Shown: positions 43,521-52,975 of the stretch, piece after piece | How positions within the stretch are numbered: position 1 is the stretch's first letter | How the letters are laid out: each line of letters starts with the position of its first letter | Assembly: GCA_963827235.1 (NCBI GenBank) | Contig: CAWHAE010000014.1 | Span: 320,001 to 384,000, forward strand | DNA: 64,000 nt | Reading direction: 5' to 3' | From: an uncultured bacterium | GTDB lineage: Bacteria; Chloroflexota; UBA5177; JANWHV01 | Notes under the pieces: model-generated | Database searches by the model: none | What the model was told of the DNA's origin: nothing | Seen by the model: only the letters and a program-made list of their open reading frames with translations | Translations under genes and position numbers: made by a program

Positions 43521-43853
43521 ATGGGTGTTGCCATGTCTCGGACCGGAGGACTAGTCTCTGGACTCGTGGTGGGCGCGGCGCTCGGAGGCGGGCTAGCCAT
43601 TCTGCTGTCCGTTCGCGCCAACGTCGCGATGCCTGTTTCCAGCGAACGTGGCTCGCGTCTTGCAAGGCCGACCCCGTTCGAGCCGATTAATGGTCTTGTC
43701 CAGCGGGTGAGACTGTTTGTCGACGACGTGAGAACGCAGATCCAACAGGCTGTCGAGGAAGGTCGTGCCACCGCCGAGACGACCAGGAAAGAGCTCACCG
43801 AGCAGTTCGAGGCGGCCAAGAAAGCTCCGAAGACAGACCAGAAGCCGCGGTAA
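43521..43853 (+). CDS. YtxH-like membrane-anchored protein
   Basis: GLVVGAALGGGLAILL N-terminal anchor followed by an amphipathic helix (IQQAVEEGRATA). Confidence 0.7.
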   Translation: MGVAMSRTGGLVSGLVVGAALGGGLAILLSVRANVAMPVSSERGSRLARPTPFEPINGLVQRVRLFVDDVRTQIQQAVEEGRATAETTRKELTEQFEAAKKAPKTDQKPR

Positions 43854-43976
43854 GCCGGCGCAATTCCTTCAAAAACGGTGGATAGCGCCTTTGCGGTGCG
43901 TTGCCATTCACGACACCATGGAGGGTAGGCGTGGCTCTGCCACACCTGCTCTCTTTTTTGTTCGCTATAGAGGTCG

Positions 43977-45242
43977 GTGCGCAGGACAATGCCGGTGTTT
44001 CCGCTCAGGTTCCACAAAGGCTCTCAGGTGGCCTGTGCCGCCCTCGACGTCGGCACGGAATACGCCAAGGCCCTGGTCTTCACACTCGAGAACGGCATCG
44101 GCGTGGTACGCGGCTTCGGCCGGCATAGGCAGAGCAGGACGGCCATGGAAGGAGGTCTGATCACCGACATCAGTGCTGTCGTGGAGAACTGCCAGGCCGC
44201 GTTGAGCGATGCGGAGCAGATGGCCGGCCTGGCAAGCAAGCGCGCGGTCGTCGGACTGGCAGGTGAGCTCGTCAAGGGAATGGCCACTGCCATGACCGTC
44301 GAGCGCGAAAGGCCCTCAGAGCCGCTCGGCAAGGAGGAGATAGAAGACGCGCTGGAGCGCGTACAGCGCCTGGCGCTGCGGCGTGCGACCGACCGGCTCT
44401 CGGCGGAGATGGATCAGCCCACCGTCGACGTCCGGCTGGTGAACTCGTCGGTTGTCTCCATGAAGATGGACGGTCATGCGGTCACCAATCCGCTCGGTTT
44501 TCAGGGCCGCTATCTCCAAATCACGGTCTTCAATGCCTTCGCGCCCCTCGTCCACGTAGGAGCATCGGAATCGATAGCGCGCCACCTCAGCCTTGAGCTA
44601 CTGAGCGTGGTGGCCGAACCTTACGCCGTGGCAAGCTGCCTGGTGCCAGCATTCGGTTCGGACTCAGGTGGTATCTTCATCGACATCGGCGGCGGAACAA
44701 CGGACATCGCAATGGTGCGGAACGGCGGCCTGGAAGCCACGCAGTCGTTCGCGCTGGCGGGGCGCGCCTTTACCCGTCGCCTGGCGATGGACCGCGGCAT
44801 CGATCTCGACGCCGCCGAGAAGCTGAAGCTCCAATATGCCCGAGGCGAGCTTGGCGTCGGTGAGGTACGCTCGATCAGGACGGTGCTCGAGCGCGACGTA
44901 ACGACGTGGATCGACGGAGTGCAGCTCATGCTCGAAGAGTTGGGCGGCGATGGTCGGCTGCCGCCCCACGTCTATCTATGCGGCGGCGCCTCAGGGCTGC
45001 CGGATATCGTGCAGGCGCTGAGGCAGTTTCCCTGGGTGGAGCAGCTTCCCTGCGCCCGTCCCCCGAGGATAATGCTCGTCGAGCCGGCCGACGTCACGTG
45101 TATGCACGATGAGACGGGCGGACTAACCACGCCGCAGGACATCACGGCTCTCGGCCTGGCTTTTCAGGTACTGGCTATGGAGCGCCCAGCCTCGATCGCC
45201 GCCGACGCGCTGGTCCGCGCCGTTCGCATTCTGAGGCTCTAG
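43977..45242 (+). CDS. FtsA-like actin-fold ATPase
   Basis: ALDVGTEYAKA (phosphate 1), GLITDI, VAEPYA, FIDIGGGTTDIA (phosphate 2), AEKLK, LCGGASGL (adenosine); no ftsZ nearby. Confidence 0.85.
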   Translation: MRRTMPVFPLRFHKGSQVACAALDVGTEYAKALVFTLENGIGVVRGFGRHRQSRTAMEGGLITDISAVVENCQAALSDAEQMAGLASKRAVVGLAGELVKGMATAMTVERERPSEPLGKEEIEDALERVQRLALRRATDRLSAEMDQPTVDVRLVNSSVVSMKMDGHAVTNPLGFQGRYLQITVFNAFAPLVHVGASESIARHLSLELLSVVAEPYAVASCLVPAFGSDSGGIFIDIGGGTTDIAMVRNGGLEATQSFALAGRAFTRRLAMDRGIDLDAAEKLKLQYARGELGVGEVRSIRTVLERDVTTWIDGVQLMLEELGGDGRLPPHVYLCGGASGLPDIVQALRQFPWVEQLPCARPPRIMLVEPADVTCMHDETGGLTTPQDITALGLAFQVLAMERPASIAADALVRAVRILRL

Positions 45243-47029
45243 TGGACGACCAGGATGACAGTGATATGCCGCTTTCCTCGAACGACGCGGCCGACCAGGA
45301 CGTGGTGACGCGCCCCACCGCTCCCGACCAGGCTGCCGGCTTGGGGAGCCCTGGTGCCGATGACGCCGTTCGCCTGATCTACGTCGACGCGGACGACGAT
45401 CTTCCCATGATGCTGGATCGCCTCGAAGAGGCTGCCGGCCCGGCCATCCTGGTGCTACCGGATAACTGCCGCGCGGTGCATGGCGTTGTGGCCGCCCGAC
45501 TGCTGGTGCGGCGAGCCAATGCCGCCGGCATCGACGTGGTAGCAGTCACCTCGGACCGCGTGAGCGTCGCTCAGCTGCAGCGCGAGGGTGTGCCCTGCTA
45601 CGGTACCGTAGGCGAGGCGCGGACCGGGAGGGCCCTTCAGGCCGCCCGAGCGGCTCCACAGGGAGCCCGCGGGCTGGGCCGGCAGGCTCGCGCAGTCCCG
45701 GGCTCGTCCGGGATGCCGAGTGCGGCGGACGACGAGGAGAAGACGAATGCGAGCTCGCCACCGGCTCGCTCTGCGCGGGAGGCACCCCCGGAGTTGATTG
45801 ACGACGTCATCGATATCGCCGACGATCAGCCGGATGCGGTGCGTGCTCAGGCTGCCCCGGGCGCGCAGCCCGTGGACGATCGATCCGAACTGCTGGCGCC
45901 CTATCTCCGCCACTCGCGCCGAAGATGGCCGTTTCGAGTCATTCTCGGGATGTTGTGTCTCGTGGCCGCCGGCGCCGCCTGGGCCGCCTTCTTCCCATTC
46001 GCGACCGTGTCGATCGTCTACTCCCCACGGCCATTCGACAGGACGTACCAGGCCACTGTAGGCTCGGCAAACCTCGACAACATTCCGCTGTACCACACAC
46101 GCACCACGCAATCTCTGACCACGGATGTGGCGGGCACGGGAACATTGCTGGTGCCGGACGGTCGAGCGAAGGGAACGGTTACGCTGGCCAATACTCTCCA
46201 GGGCGTTGTCGACGTGCCGGCAGGAACGACAGTTAGCACGCAGACCGGCCTGAGCTTTACCACGTTGCAGACGGTAAGCCTGCCTGGCGCCGTGAGCAGC
46301 TTCTCAGGAGTCACTAACGGTAAGAGCCTGGTACCGGTCCAGGCGACCACCGCCGGCACGGAATCGAACGTGGGTGCCGGCACGATTACGGTCGTGCAGG
46401 GTCGCCTTGCAGGCGTGGTGATGGTCACAAATAGCTCCGCTCTCACGGGAGGATCGGTCCGCACCGAGCTCACGCTGACGCAAAGTGATGAGAGCGCGGC
46501 GGTCGAGCGTGCACAGCACACACTCACCACGAGCGAGGTTGCCTGGCTCAATCAGAAGTACGCGCAGAGCCCGCTTCGCGCTGTGGTGAGCTCAGACCAG
46601 ACCGCGGGCTCAGAGACCAGATTTGTGCGTGACGGGCGGCCGTATGCCCGCATCACGATCAGCATGACCACGGTGATGGCATACTTGCACGCCGACGACG
46701 TCCAATCGACCGGTCTTCGCATGGCCAGAGCGGCCCTCGCCGGCACCAGCCAGTCCCTGATAGACGGCTCTACAAGCGTGAAGGTTCTGCAGGCTCAGGG
46801 CACGATTCCGGCCCAGATCGGCATCCGCGTGCTTGCACAGACGGAGCCCGCGCTGGACCGCGAGTCTCTGGCCGCGAGCATCGCTGGTAAGAGCGTGCAC
46901 GACGCCACAGCGATCCTTGACGCCGCTGGCCGGCGGGCCGGCTGGTCGGCCACCGTAAGCACCGATCCGCCTCTGGTACAGCGGCTGCCCTTGACGGCGC
47001 GGCTGATCACCATACACCTCGATAGGTGA
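45242..47029 (+). CDS. Bitopic membrane protein with baseplate J/gp47-like extracellular domain
   Basis: Small N-terminal alpha/beta domain, disordered linker, TM (VILGMLCLVAAGAAWAAFFPF), then AKGTVTLAN...VPAGTTV...FTT...VPVQATTAGTESNVGAGTI...VTNSSALTGG. Confidence 0.75.
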   Translation: MDDQDDSDMPLSSNDAADQDVVTRPTAPDQAAGLGSPGADDAVRLIYVDADDDLPMMLDRLEEAAGPAILVLPDNCRAVHGVVAARLLVRRANAAGIDVVAVTSDRVSVAQLQREGVPCYGTVGEARTGRALQAARAAPQGARGLGRQARAVPGSSGMPSAADDEEKTNASSPPARSAREAPPELIDDVIDIADDQPDAVRAQAAPGAQPVDDRSELLAPYLRHSRRRWPFRVILGMLCLVAAGAAWAAFFPFATVSIVYSPRPFDRTYQATVGSANLDNIPLYHTRTTQSLTTDVAGTGTLLVPDGRAKGTVTLANTLQGVVDVPAGTTVSTQTGLSFTTLQTVSLPGAVSSFSGVTNGKSLVPVQATTAGTESNVGAGTITVVQGRLAGVVMVTNSSALTGGSVRTELTLTQSDESAAVERAQHTLTTSEVAWLNQKYAQSPLRAVVSSDQTAGSETRFVRDGRPYARITISMTTVMAYLHADDVQSTGLRMARAALAGTSQSLIDGSTSVKVLQAQGTIPAQIGIRVLAQTEPALDRESLAASIAGKSVHDATAILDAAGRRAGWSATVSTDPPLVQRLPLTARLITIHLDR

Positions 47030-47093
47030 AACGGGAACTGCTGCCCAATGCCGCGCGGACGGAACATGAGGTTGCTGTGGTATCATGTCGCTC

Positions 47094-47528
47094 GTGCGCT
47101 ACCTGAGCCTGGACGTCGGTAAGGTATGGATTGGGATCGCTCTTAGCGATCCAACCGGGTTCCTGGCTACGCCGTTTCGAACGCTGAAACGGGCGGACGT
47201 TCATGGTGCCTATGTGCGGGGCCTGATCGAGGAGCATGAAGTTGGAGAAGTAGTCGTAGGTCTTCCGCTGAACATGGATGGAAGCAGCGGTGCTCAAGTC
47301 GAAGAGACCTACGCCTACGTCGAAGAGCTTGGCGTGCTCCCGGTGCCGGTCCGGTTCTGGGACGAGCGCCTTTCGTCGTGGGAAGCCGAGCAGGTGATCG
47401 CGCAGGTAAAGGGCCGCGATCCCCGGCGGCGCGAACGCCTCGACGCCATAGCCGCGGCCATAATGCTTCAAGACTTTCTCGACGATGCAGGGCGTCGCAG
47501 ACGCCTGGCGGAGGATGTCGCCGGCTGA
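47094..47528 (+). CDS. ruvX: YqgF/RuvX family nuclease
   Basis: YLSLDVGKVWIGIALSD, VVGLPLNMDGS, WDERLSS, DAIAAAIMLQ; the start may be 47085 or 47094. Confidence 0.95.
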   Translation: MRYLSLDVGKVWIGIALSDPTGFLATPFRTLKRADVHGAYVRGLIEEHEVGEVVVGLPLNMDGSSGAQVEETYAYVEELGVLPVPVRFWDERLSSWEAEQVIAQVKGRDPRRRERLDAIAAAIMLQDFLDDAGRRRRLAEDVAG

Positions 47529-47673
47529 ACGGCTGTGCTTGGTGCCGATGCAGCGTGACGGCAAACTCGCGATACGATACCGTGGTCAGCATGGGTACGT
47601 TGGGCCATATTCGCGGCCGAGCAGGCATCTTTACGCCTGGTCGCGTGGCATAGGCGATGAGGTGCATTCAGTA

Positions 47674-48897
47674 ATGTCGCAGGACCAGATGGACCGCCTG
47701 CAGAGGCTGCGAGCGGCGCGGGGCGAGGCCGCGACACATCCCGACACCTATCACGGCAGCCAGAACGGCGAGTTGCCGAGCGCCTTCTCTGCCAGGCGGA
47801 CCGGCTCGCGCGGCCGAGCCGGAGCACTGGTCGGATTGCTCGTGGTTGCCATCCTGGCAGTCCTTGTGCTTGGCGGCATTGGCTATGCCGTCAAGCAGAT
47901 CCACTCCTCGGTAGGTGGCCCGCGCAGAACCGTCCAGTTCGCCGTGCGGCAAGGTGAGAGCGTTTCTGATGTGGCGAATGAGCTGCAGAAGGACGGCCTC
48001 GTGTCGAGCAGTTGGCTGTTCGGAATCTACTATCGCTTCTTTGGCGGCTCGGGTAGCTTGATAGCCGGCGCCCACGCGCTGAACACCGACATGTCCATGG
48101 ACCAGATCGCCAAGAATCTCCAGACTATGCCCGTCGTCGTCGTGATCTCACCGTCGCAGAACCAGTACAACATCCTGGCCGGGAAGCGCGCCGAGGAGAG
48201 CGCCGCTATTCTGGACACGTACCATATCGCGTCCTACGCGGACTTCATGAAGCAGATCACGGATCCGTCGCCGAAGTATGACTACTGGTTCCTGAAGGAT
48301 CTTCCGGCAGGCGCGTCACTGGAAGGTTTCCTTGCCCCCGGAGAATATACCCTTCTGCCGCACTCTAGCGCTCACGCCGTCGTAGCGCTCATGCTGAGGA
48401 AGTTTGGCCAGGAGTTCACGCCTGCGATGCAGGCCGAGGCAAACCAGTCGCATCACACCGTTTTCCAGATCGTGACGCTGGCCTCGATCATCCAGCGGGA
48501 AAGCGCCTTCCCGAGGGTGCAGAAGGCGATCGCGGGAGTATTCTGGAACAGGCTCGATGCCAAGAACGATGCCGTCACAGGAGGCAAGTTGCAGGCGGAC
48601 GCGACTGTCCAGTACGCGATGGGATCGGCCCAGAGTGGGCAGGATTGGTGGCCGAAGATCCCCAGCCAGGACTACTACGCAAGCGTGGCGAGTGACTATA
48701 ATACCTATTTGCATCCTGGGCTGCCTCCTGGGCCGATTAGCAATCCCGGCCCGAGCGCCCTGGACGCGGCGCTCAACCCGACGACTTCGAATTGGCTGTT
48801 CTACGAGGTGCTGACCAAGGACGGCAAGCACTCACGCACGTATTTCTGCGAGACCCTCGAGTGCCAGACGAGCGAAGCCGGCGTAGCCGTGCAGTAG
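47674..48897 (+). CDS. mltG: Endolytic transglycosylase MltG (YceG)
   Basis: N-terminal TM; LEGFLAP..Y, LASIIQRE, NRL, LQADATVQY, YNTY...GLPPGPISNPG. Confidence 0.93.
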   Translation: MSQDQMDRLQRLRAARGEAATHPDTYHGSQNGELPSAFSARRTGSRGRAGALVGLLVVAILAVLVLGGIGYAVKQIHSSVGGPRRTVQFAVRQGESVSDVANELQKDGLVSSSWLFGIYYRFFGGSGSLIAGAHALNTDMSMDQIAKNLQTMPVVVVISPSQNQYNILAGKRAEESAAILDTYHIASYADFMKQITDPSPKYDYWFLKDLPAGASLEGFLAPGEYTLLPHSSAHAVVALMLRKFGQEFTPAMQAEANQSHHTVFQIVTLASIIQRESAFPRVQKAIAGVFWNRLDAKNDAVTGGKLQADATVQYAMGSAQSGQDWWPKIPSQDYYASVASDYNTYLHPGLPPGPISNPGPSALDAALNPTTSNWLFYEVLTKDGKHSRTYFCETLECQTSEAGVAVQ

Positions 48898-48920
48898 AAG
48901 TATTCACAAGGAGTTAGCGC

Positions 48921-49487
48921 GTGATCTCAACCGGTGACTTGAAGCGTGGTGTTTCGTTCGAAATCGATGGCGAGCTGTACCGCCTGATGGAGTTCAACCA
49001 CATCAAGATGGGGCGCGGGAGCGCTCAGGTCCGCATGAAGCTGCGCAACCTGCGTACTGGGGCTATCACCGAAAAGACTGTCCAGGCCGGTGAGCGGTTC
49101 CCGCGTGCCAGGCTGGATTCGCACACGGTGCAATTCCTCTACGCGGACGGAGATAACTACAACTTCATGAACACGGCCACGTTCGACCAGCTCTCCATAC
49201 CCGAGTCTCTGATCGGCGACGACGTCAAGTTTCTGAAGGAGAACATGGAGGTCGAGCTCATGAGCTACGGAGACGAGCCGATCGCTATCGAGCTTCCGCC
49301 CAACGTGGAGCTGCGCATCACCTACACCGAGCCTGGTGTTCGCGGCGACACCGCATCGGGCGCTACGAAGCCTGCGACCGTCGAAACGGGAGCCACAGTA
49401 CTGGTGCCGCTGTTCATCAATCAGGATGAGGTGATAAGAGTCGATACCCGGACCGGGCAGTACATCGAGCGCGTGTCGAAGGCATAG
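48921..49487 (+). CDS. efp: Elongation factor P
   Basis: HIKMGRGSAQVR, PGVRGDTASGATKPA, VPLFI, VDTRTGQY.ER. Confidence 0.97.
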   Translation: MISTGDLKRGVSFEIDGELYRLMEFNHIKMGRGSAQVRMKLRNLRTGAITEKTVQAGERFPRARLDSHTVQFLYADGDNYNFMNTATFDQLSIPESLIGDDVKFLKENMEVELMSYGDEPIAIELPPNVELRITYTEPGVRGDTASGATKPATVETGATVLVPLFINQDEVIRVDTRTGQYIERVSKA

Positions 49488-49495
49488 GTAATGCG

Positions 49496-49942
49496 ATGAC
49501 AGATGGCGCGCAGACGCCGCAGGGCAGCGCCGGCACGCTGCCGTCGATGACCGGTATCCGTGCCCTTGCCGATCTGTGTCTTCAGGCCGGAGTGGAAGAG
49601 ATCGAAGCTGCCAGCGGATCGTGGTCCGTGCGTCTGAAGCTGGATTTGACCGGGGTGGGCGAGGCGGGGCAGTTGCCGGATGAGCTCCTGCCGGAGGAGT
49701 CGGCCGGACCGCACGTGATGCTATCGCAGTGGGTCGGCGTGTTCCACCGGGCGGCCGAGTCGGGTGCAGCGGCCTACGTGGAGGAAGGGCAGCTCGTCGC
49801 CGAAGGCGAGATCGTCGGCGTGGTCGCCGCCATGCAGCTTCAGCACGAGGTCCTAACCGACCGCGCCGGCGTGCTTCGCCGATTCCTCGTGCAGGATCGC
49901 ACCGCGGTAGAGTACGGTCAGCCTCTGCTCGAGATCACATGA
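49496..49942 (+). CDS. Biotin carboxyl carrier protein-like (lacks the biotinyl Lys)
   Basis: AccB architecture (IRAL..L...VEEIE; SQWVGVFHRA; YVEEGQ.V; VEYGQPLLEI) but the motif reads AAMQL instead of EAMKM. Confidence 0.8.
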   Translation: MTDGAQTPQGSAGTLPSMTGIRALADLCLQAGVEEIEAASGSWSVRLKLDLTGVGEAGQLPDELLPEESAGPHVMLSQWVGVFHRAAESGAAAYVEEGQLVAEGEIVGVVAAMQLQHEVLTDRAGVLRRFLVQDRTAVEYGQPLLEIT

Positions 49943-50009
49943 TACTACAGATGTGGTCAATCACCGCCGTCTGGCCGGCGGGTTCTGCCCGACTGGCCGG
50001 GGTCTTCTG

Positions 50010-51278
50010 ATGGCGGGTTCCGCCCTCGGACTAGATCGTGGAGCTGACGTCGACGGTGTGTTCACCGTGGGCGAGGTCATACGTTACCTTGGCGACGTGC
50101 TCGGCGACGACGTCGTGCTTGCAGGTCTGTGGGTGCAGGGCGAGATCTCCAATCTCAGCCACTCGACCGCCGGTCACACGTACTTCACCTTGAAGGATGA
50201 GGAGTGCCAGCTCAAGTCGGTCGCCTTCCGGGGCAGCTCCGTGCACAAAGCCGTGCTCAGGGAGCTGAAGAATGGCGACCTGGTGTTGGCACACGGGCGC
50301 ATCGGAGTCTATGAGGCGCAGGGTGCCGTCCAGCTCTATGTCGACCACGTTCAGCCTGCCGGACTCGGCGTGCTACAGCAGCGGTTCGACGAGCTCTGCG
50401 CCAAGCTCAGGTCCGAGGGCCTGTTTGACGAATCTCGCAAGCGCCCGCTTCCGCCGTTTCCCCAGCGAATTGGCGTTGTCACCTCCGCGCAGGCCGCTGC
50501 CTTCCAGGACATCTGCCGCATTCTGAGCGAGCGGTTCCCGATCGTGGAGGTGGTGCTGGCACCCAGTCTCGTTCAGGGTGCCGAGGCCCCGCCCCAGATC
50601 GTGGCGGCGATAGACCACCTTTCGAACCAGGACAACGTGGATGTGATCGTCGTGGCCCGAGGCGGCGGCTCGATGGAAGATCTCTGGGCGTTCAACGACG
50701 AGTCGGTCGCTCGCGCCATCGCTCGCGCACGAGTGCCGGTCGTCACCGGCATTGGTCATGAAACCGACTTCACCGTGGCGGATTTCGTCGCGGACTTGCG
50801 CGCGCCTACGCCTTCAGGAGCGGCAGTCGCCGTGGTTCCCGACCGTGAAGCGCTGCTGGCCCAGATCCGATCCGGTCGCGAGGATCTCACCGCGGCCATC
50901 ATGGACCGTTTGAACGCGTCCCGACAGTCGCTGCTTGCGGCGCGCGATGAGCTTTCACGGCGGAGTCCCGAGCGCCGCCTCATGCAGTGGCGCCAGCGCC
51001 TGGATGAGACGGCTCAGGTGCTTGTCGAGCGGTCTGCGCGCCATGTTCAAATGAAGCGTGAACGCCTGATGGTCCGGCAGGCTGAGCTCGCCTTGCTGCA
51101 CCCCGCGGCGGCATTGCAGCGCGGCTATGCCCTTATCACCGACATGGCGGGAACGGTGCTTCGCTCTGCCGCCGCCTTCGACGTCGGCGACCAGGTGCGC
51201 ATCCGCCTGCGCGACGGCGTGGTTACCGCGACCGTGGACGACGTGGCAAGGTCGGCGGACGGCAGGCATACACCGTGA
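50010..51278 (+). CDS. xseA: Exodeoxyribonuclease VII large subunit
   Basis: WVQGEISN, GHTYFTLKD, ARGGGSMEDLWAFN, GIGHETD, RAPTPS, LQRGY. Confidence 0.97.
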   Translation: MAGSALGLDRGADVDGVFTVGEVIRYLGDVLGDDVVLAGLWVQGEISNLSHSTAGHTYFTLKDEECQLKSVAFRGSSVHKAVLRELKNGDLVLAHGRIGVYEAQGAVQLYVDHVQPAGLGVLQQRFDELCAKLRSEGLFDESRKRPLPPFPQRIGVVTSAQAAAFQDICRILSERFPIVEVVLAPSLVQGAEAPPQIVAAIDHLSNQDNVDVIVVARGGGSMEDLWAFNDESVARAIARARVPVVTGIGHETDFTVADFVADLRAPTPSGAAVAVVPDREALLAQIRSGREDLTAAIMDRLNASRQSLLAARDELSRRSPERRLMQWRQRLDETAQVLVERSARHVQMKRERLMVRQAELALLHPAAALQRGYALITDMAGTVLRSAAAFDVGDQVRIRLRDGVVTATVDDVARSADGRHTP

Positions 51279-51294
51279 GGGGGGTGAACCGACG

Positions 51295-51510
51295 ATGGAC
51301 GAGAGTCTGAATGAGTTGACTTTCGAGCAGGCGCTGTCGGAGCTGATGGCTGCAGTCGAGGAGCTGCGCGGTGACGACCTCAGCCTCGACCGCACGCTTG
51401 GCCTGTACGAGCGCGGATTGTCGCTGGCAAGCCGCTGCGACGATCTACTCACCAAAGCCGAGCTCCGTGTGAGCACGAGCGCGCCGGGCAGCCCAGCGGC
51501 TAATCTCTAG
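51295..51510 (+). CDS. xseB: Exodeoxyribonuclease VII small subunit
   Basis: TFEQALSEL...L...DLSLD...LYERG..L...C...L..AE.RV. Confidence 0.92.
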   Translation: MDESLNELTFEQALSELMAAVEELRGDDLSLDRTLGLYERGLSLASRCDDLLTKAELRVSTSAPGSPAANL

Positions 51511-51879
51511 CCGATCGCCGGCCGAGAGCGTTGTCCGCCGGGGCGCGCACGGCAGGTCCACTCGTCTAGTCTGGTTGCTGCCCAGATGCCGCGAGCGTCT
51601 CGCCCACGCCGAGGGGCTAACGGGCGGAGCGAACGTGGACGGCCCTGGAACCGGCTACAGACGGCTTGTCGCGCTCCTTCATCGGCCACTCTCGACACCG
51701 GGACGCCAACACCCGCCGTTGACACGGGACGAAGCACTCGCCGCCCAGGCGGCAGCGACGACTACGGGCTATACGCGACGGCGGGTTGGGATCGTCCGCC
51801 GGCATTGCGGTGGACGATCCCAACCCGCCCAGTCTATCCTGCGCAGTGCGACCTTTGAGAACTGCCTCCGCCGGCAAGT

Positions 51880-52926
51880 CTACCGGGCAGCCGCCGGGCG
51901 CGCAGCGCGGCGCTTCTTCATGCGCTCGATGAACTTGCCAATGCCGAGCTCGTCGTTTTCCCACACCACGAGCAGTGGGCTCGCATTGAAGATTGAGCTA
52001 TACGTGCCGCTCGTGATGCCGATCAGCAGCGTAATCACGAAGATGCGTATGCTGGCGCCGCTGAACAGCAGCAGCGCGGTCAGCGTCATGAGCACGGTGA
52101 GCGACGTGTTCAGCGAGCGCGCCATCGACTGTAGGATGGCGTTGTTAACGACCAGCTCAAACGGCTCGCCGATACGGCGGGCCATGTTCTCGCGTATCCG
52201 GTCGAAGATTACGATGGTGTCGTGCACCGAGAAGCCGATCACGGTGAGCACCGCGGTGACGAACAACGAATCCACGGTCACTCCCAGCAGGCGGCCGAAT
52301 ACGGCGAAGAGGCCCATGACCACCAAGACGTCGTGAATCAGCGCGATGATGGCACACGTGCCGTAGCGGAACGGGTGCGCCACCTTGCGGAAAGCAAACG
52401 AGATGTACAGCAGTATGAACACGGCAGCAATCACCACTGCCGTCGCCGCGCGACTGCGGATCTGCGACCCGATGGCGCCTCCGACGTCCGTCTCCTGCTG
52501 AAGCGTGATGTTCTTGCAGGTTGGCAAAGGCACTTTGTACTGCCCGTGACCCACTGTCTTGACCAGCGAGCCGCAACCATATTCCTGGTAGAGCGGTGCC
52601 AGCACGGCCGCCAGCTTCTGGGGCGAGTCGCCGATAAACGGTATGCGCACGAGATAGTGCGCGCCGGTGCCGCCAGCGCCGCCAAGCGGCGTCGAGGAGA
52701 CGACTTCGGCCTCGCTCAGTTTGGCATTGGTGAGTACCGCGTTACGGATCTGATCCTCGAGATGCGCGCTTGCCGGTGTGCTGCTGAACTGCAGCGTGAG
52801 CTCGGTGCCTCCCGTGAAGTCGATCCCCAGCTTCAGGCCCCCGGCCAGGAAGAAGATGAAGCCGGGAACGATGATCACCAGTGAAAACAGGAAGTACCAG
52901 TAGCGATATCTGATGATGTTAATCAT
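51880..52926 (-). CDS. secF: Protein translocase subunit SecF
   Basis: LGIDFTGGT, ALIHDV, GFSVHDTIVIFDRIREN, RSLNTS, GTYSSIF. Confidence 0.96.
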   Translation of the reverse strand: MINIIRYRYWYFLFSLVIIVPGFIFFLAGGLKLGIDFTGGTELTLQFSSTPASAHLEDQIRNAVLTNAKLSEAEVVSSTPLGGAGGTGAHYLVRIPFIGDSPQKLAAVLAPLYQEYGCGSLVKTVGHGQYKVPLPTCKNITLQQETDVGGAIGSQIRSRAATAVVIAAVFILLYISFAFRKVAHPFRYGTCAIIALIHDVLVVMGLFAVFGRLLGVTVDSLFVTAVLTVIGFSVHDTIVIFDRIRENMARRIGEPFELVVNNAILQSMARSLNTSLTVLMTLTALLLFSGASIRIFVITLLIGITSGTYSSIFNASPLLVVWENDELGIGKFIERMKKRRAARPAAAR

Positions 52927-52975
52927 GAGCCTAATCCCCTAGCCGCCATCTAGCCGGCCACTTCCACCACCAACG

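Noticed and set aside
45242-47029. Prophage or contractile injection system based on the baseplate J-like domain
   Set aside because: No sheath, tube, spike, capsid or integrase genes; the protein has a TM anchor and housekeeping neighbours.
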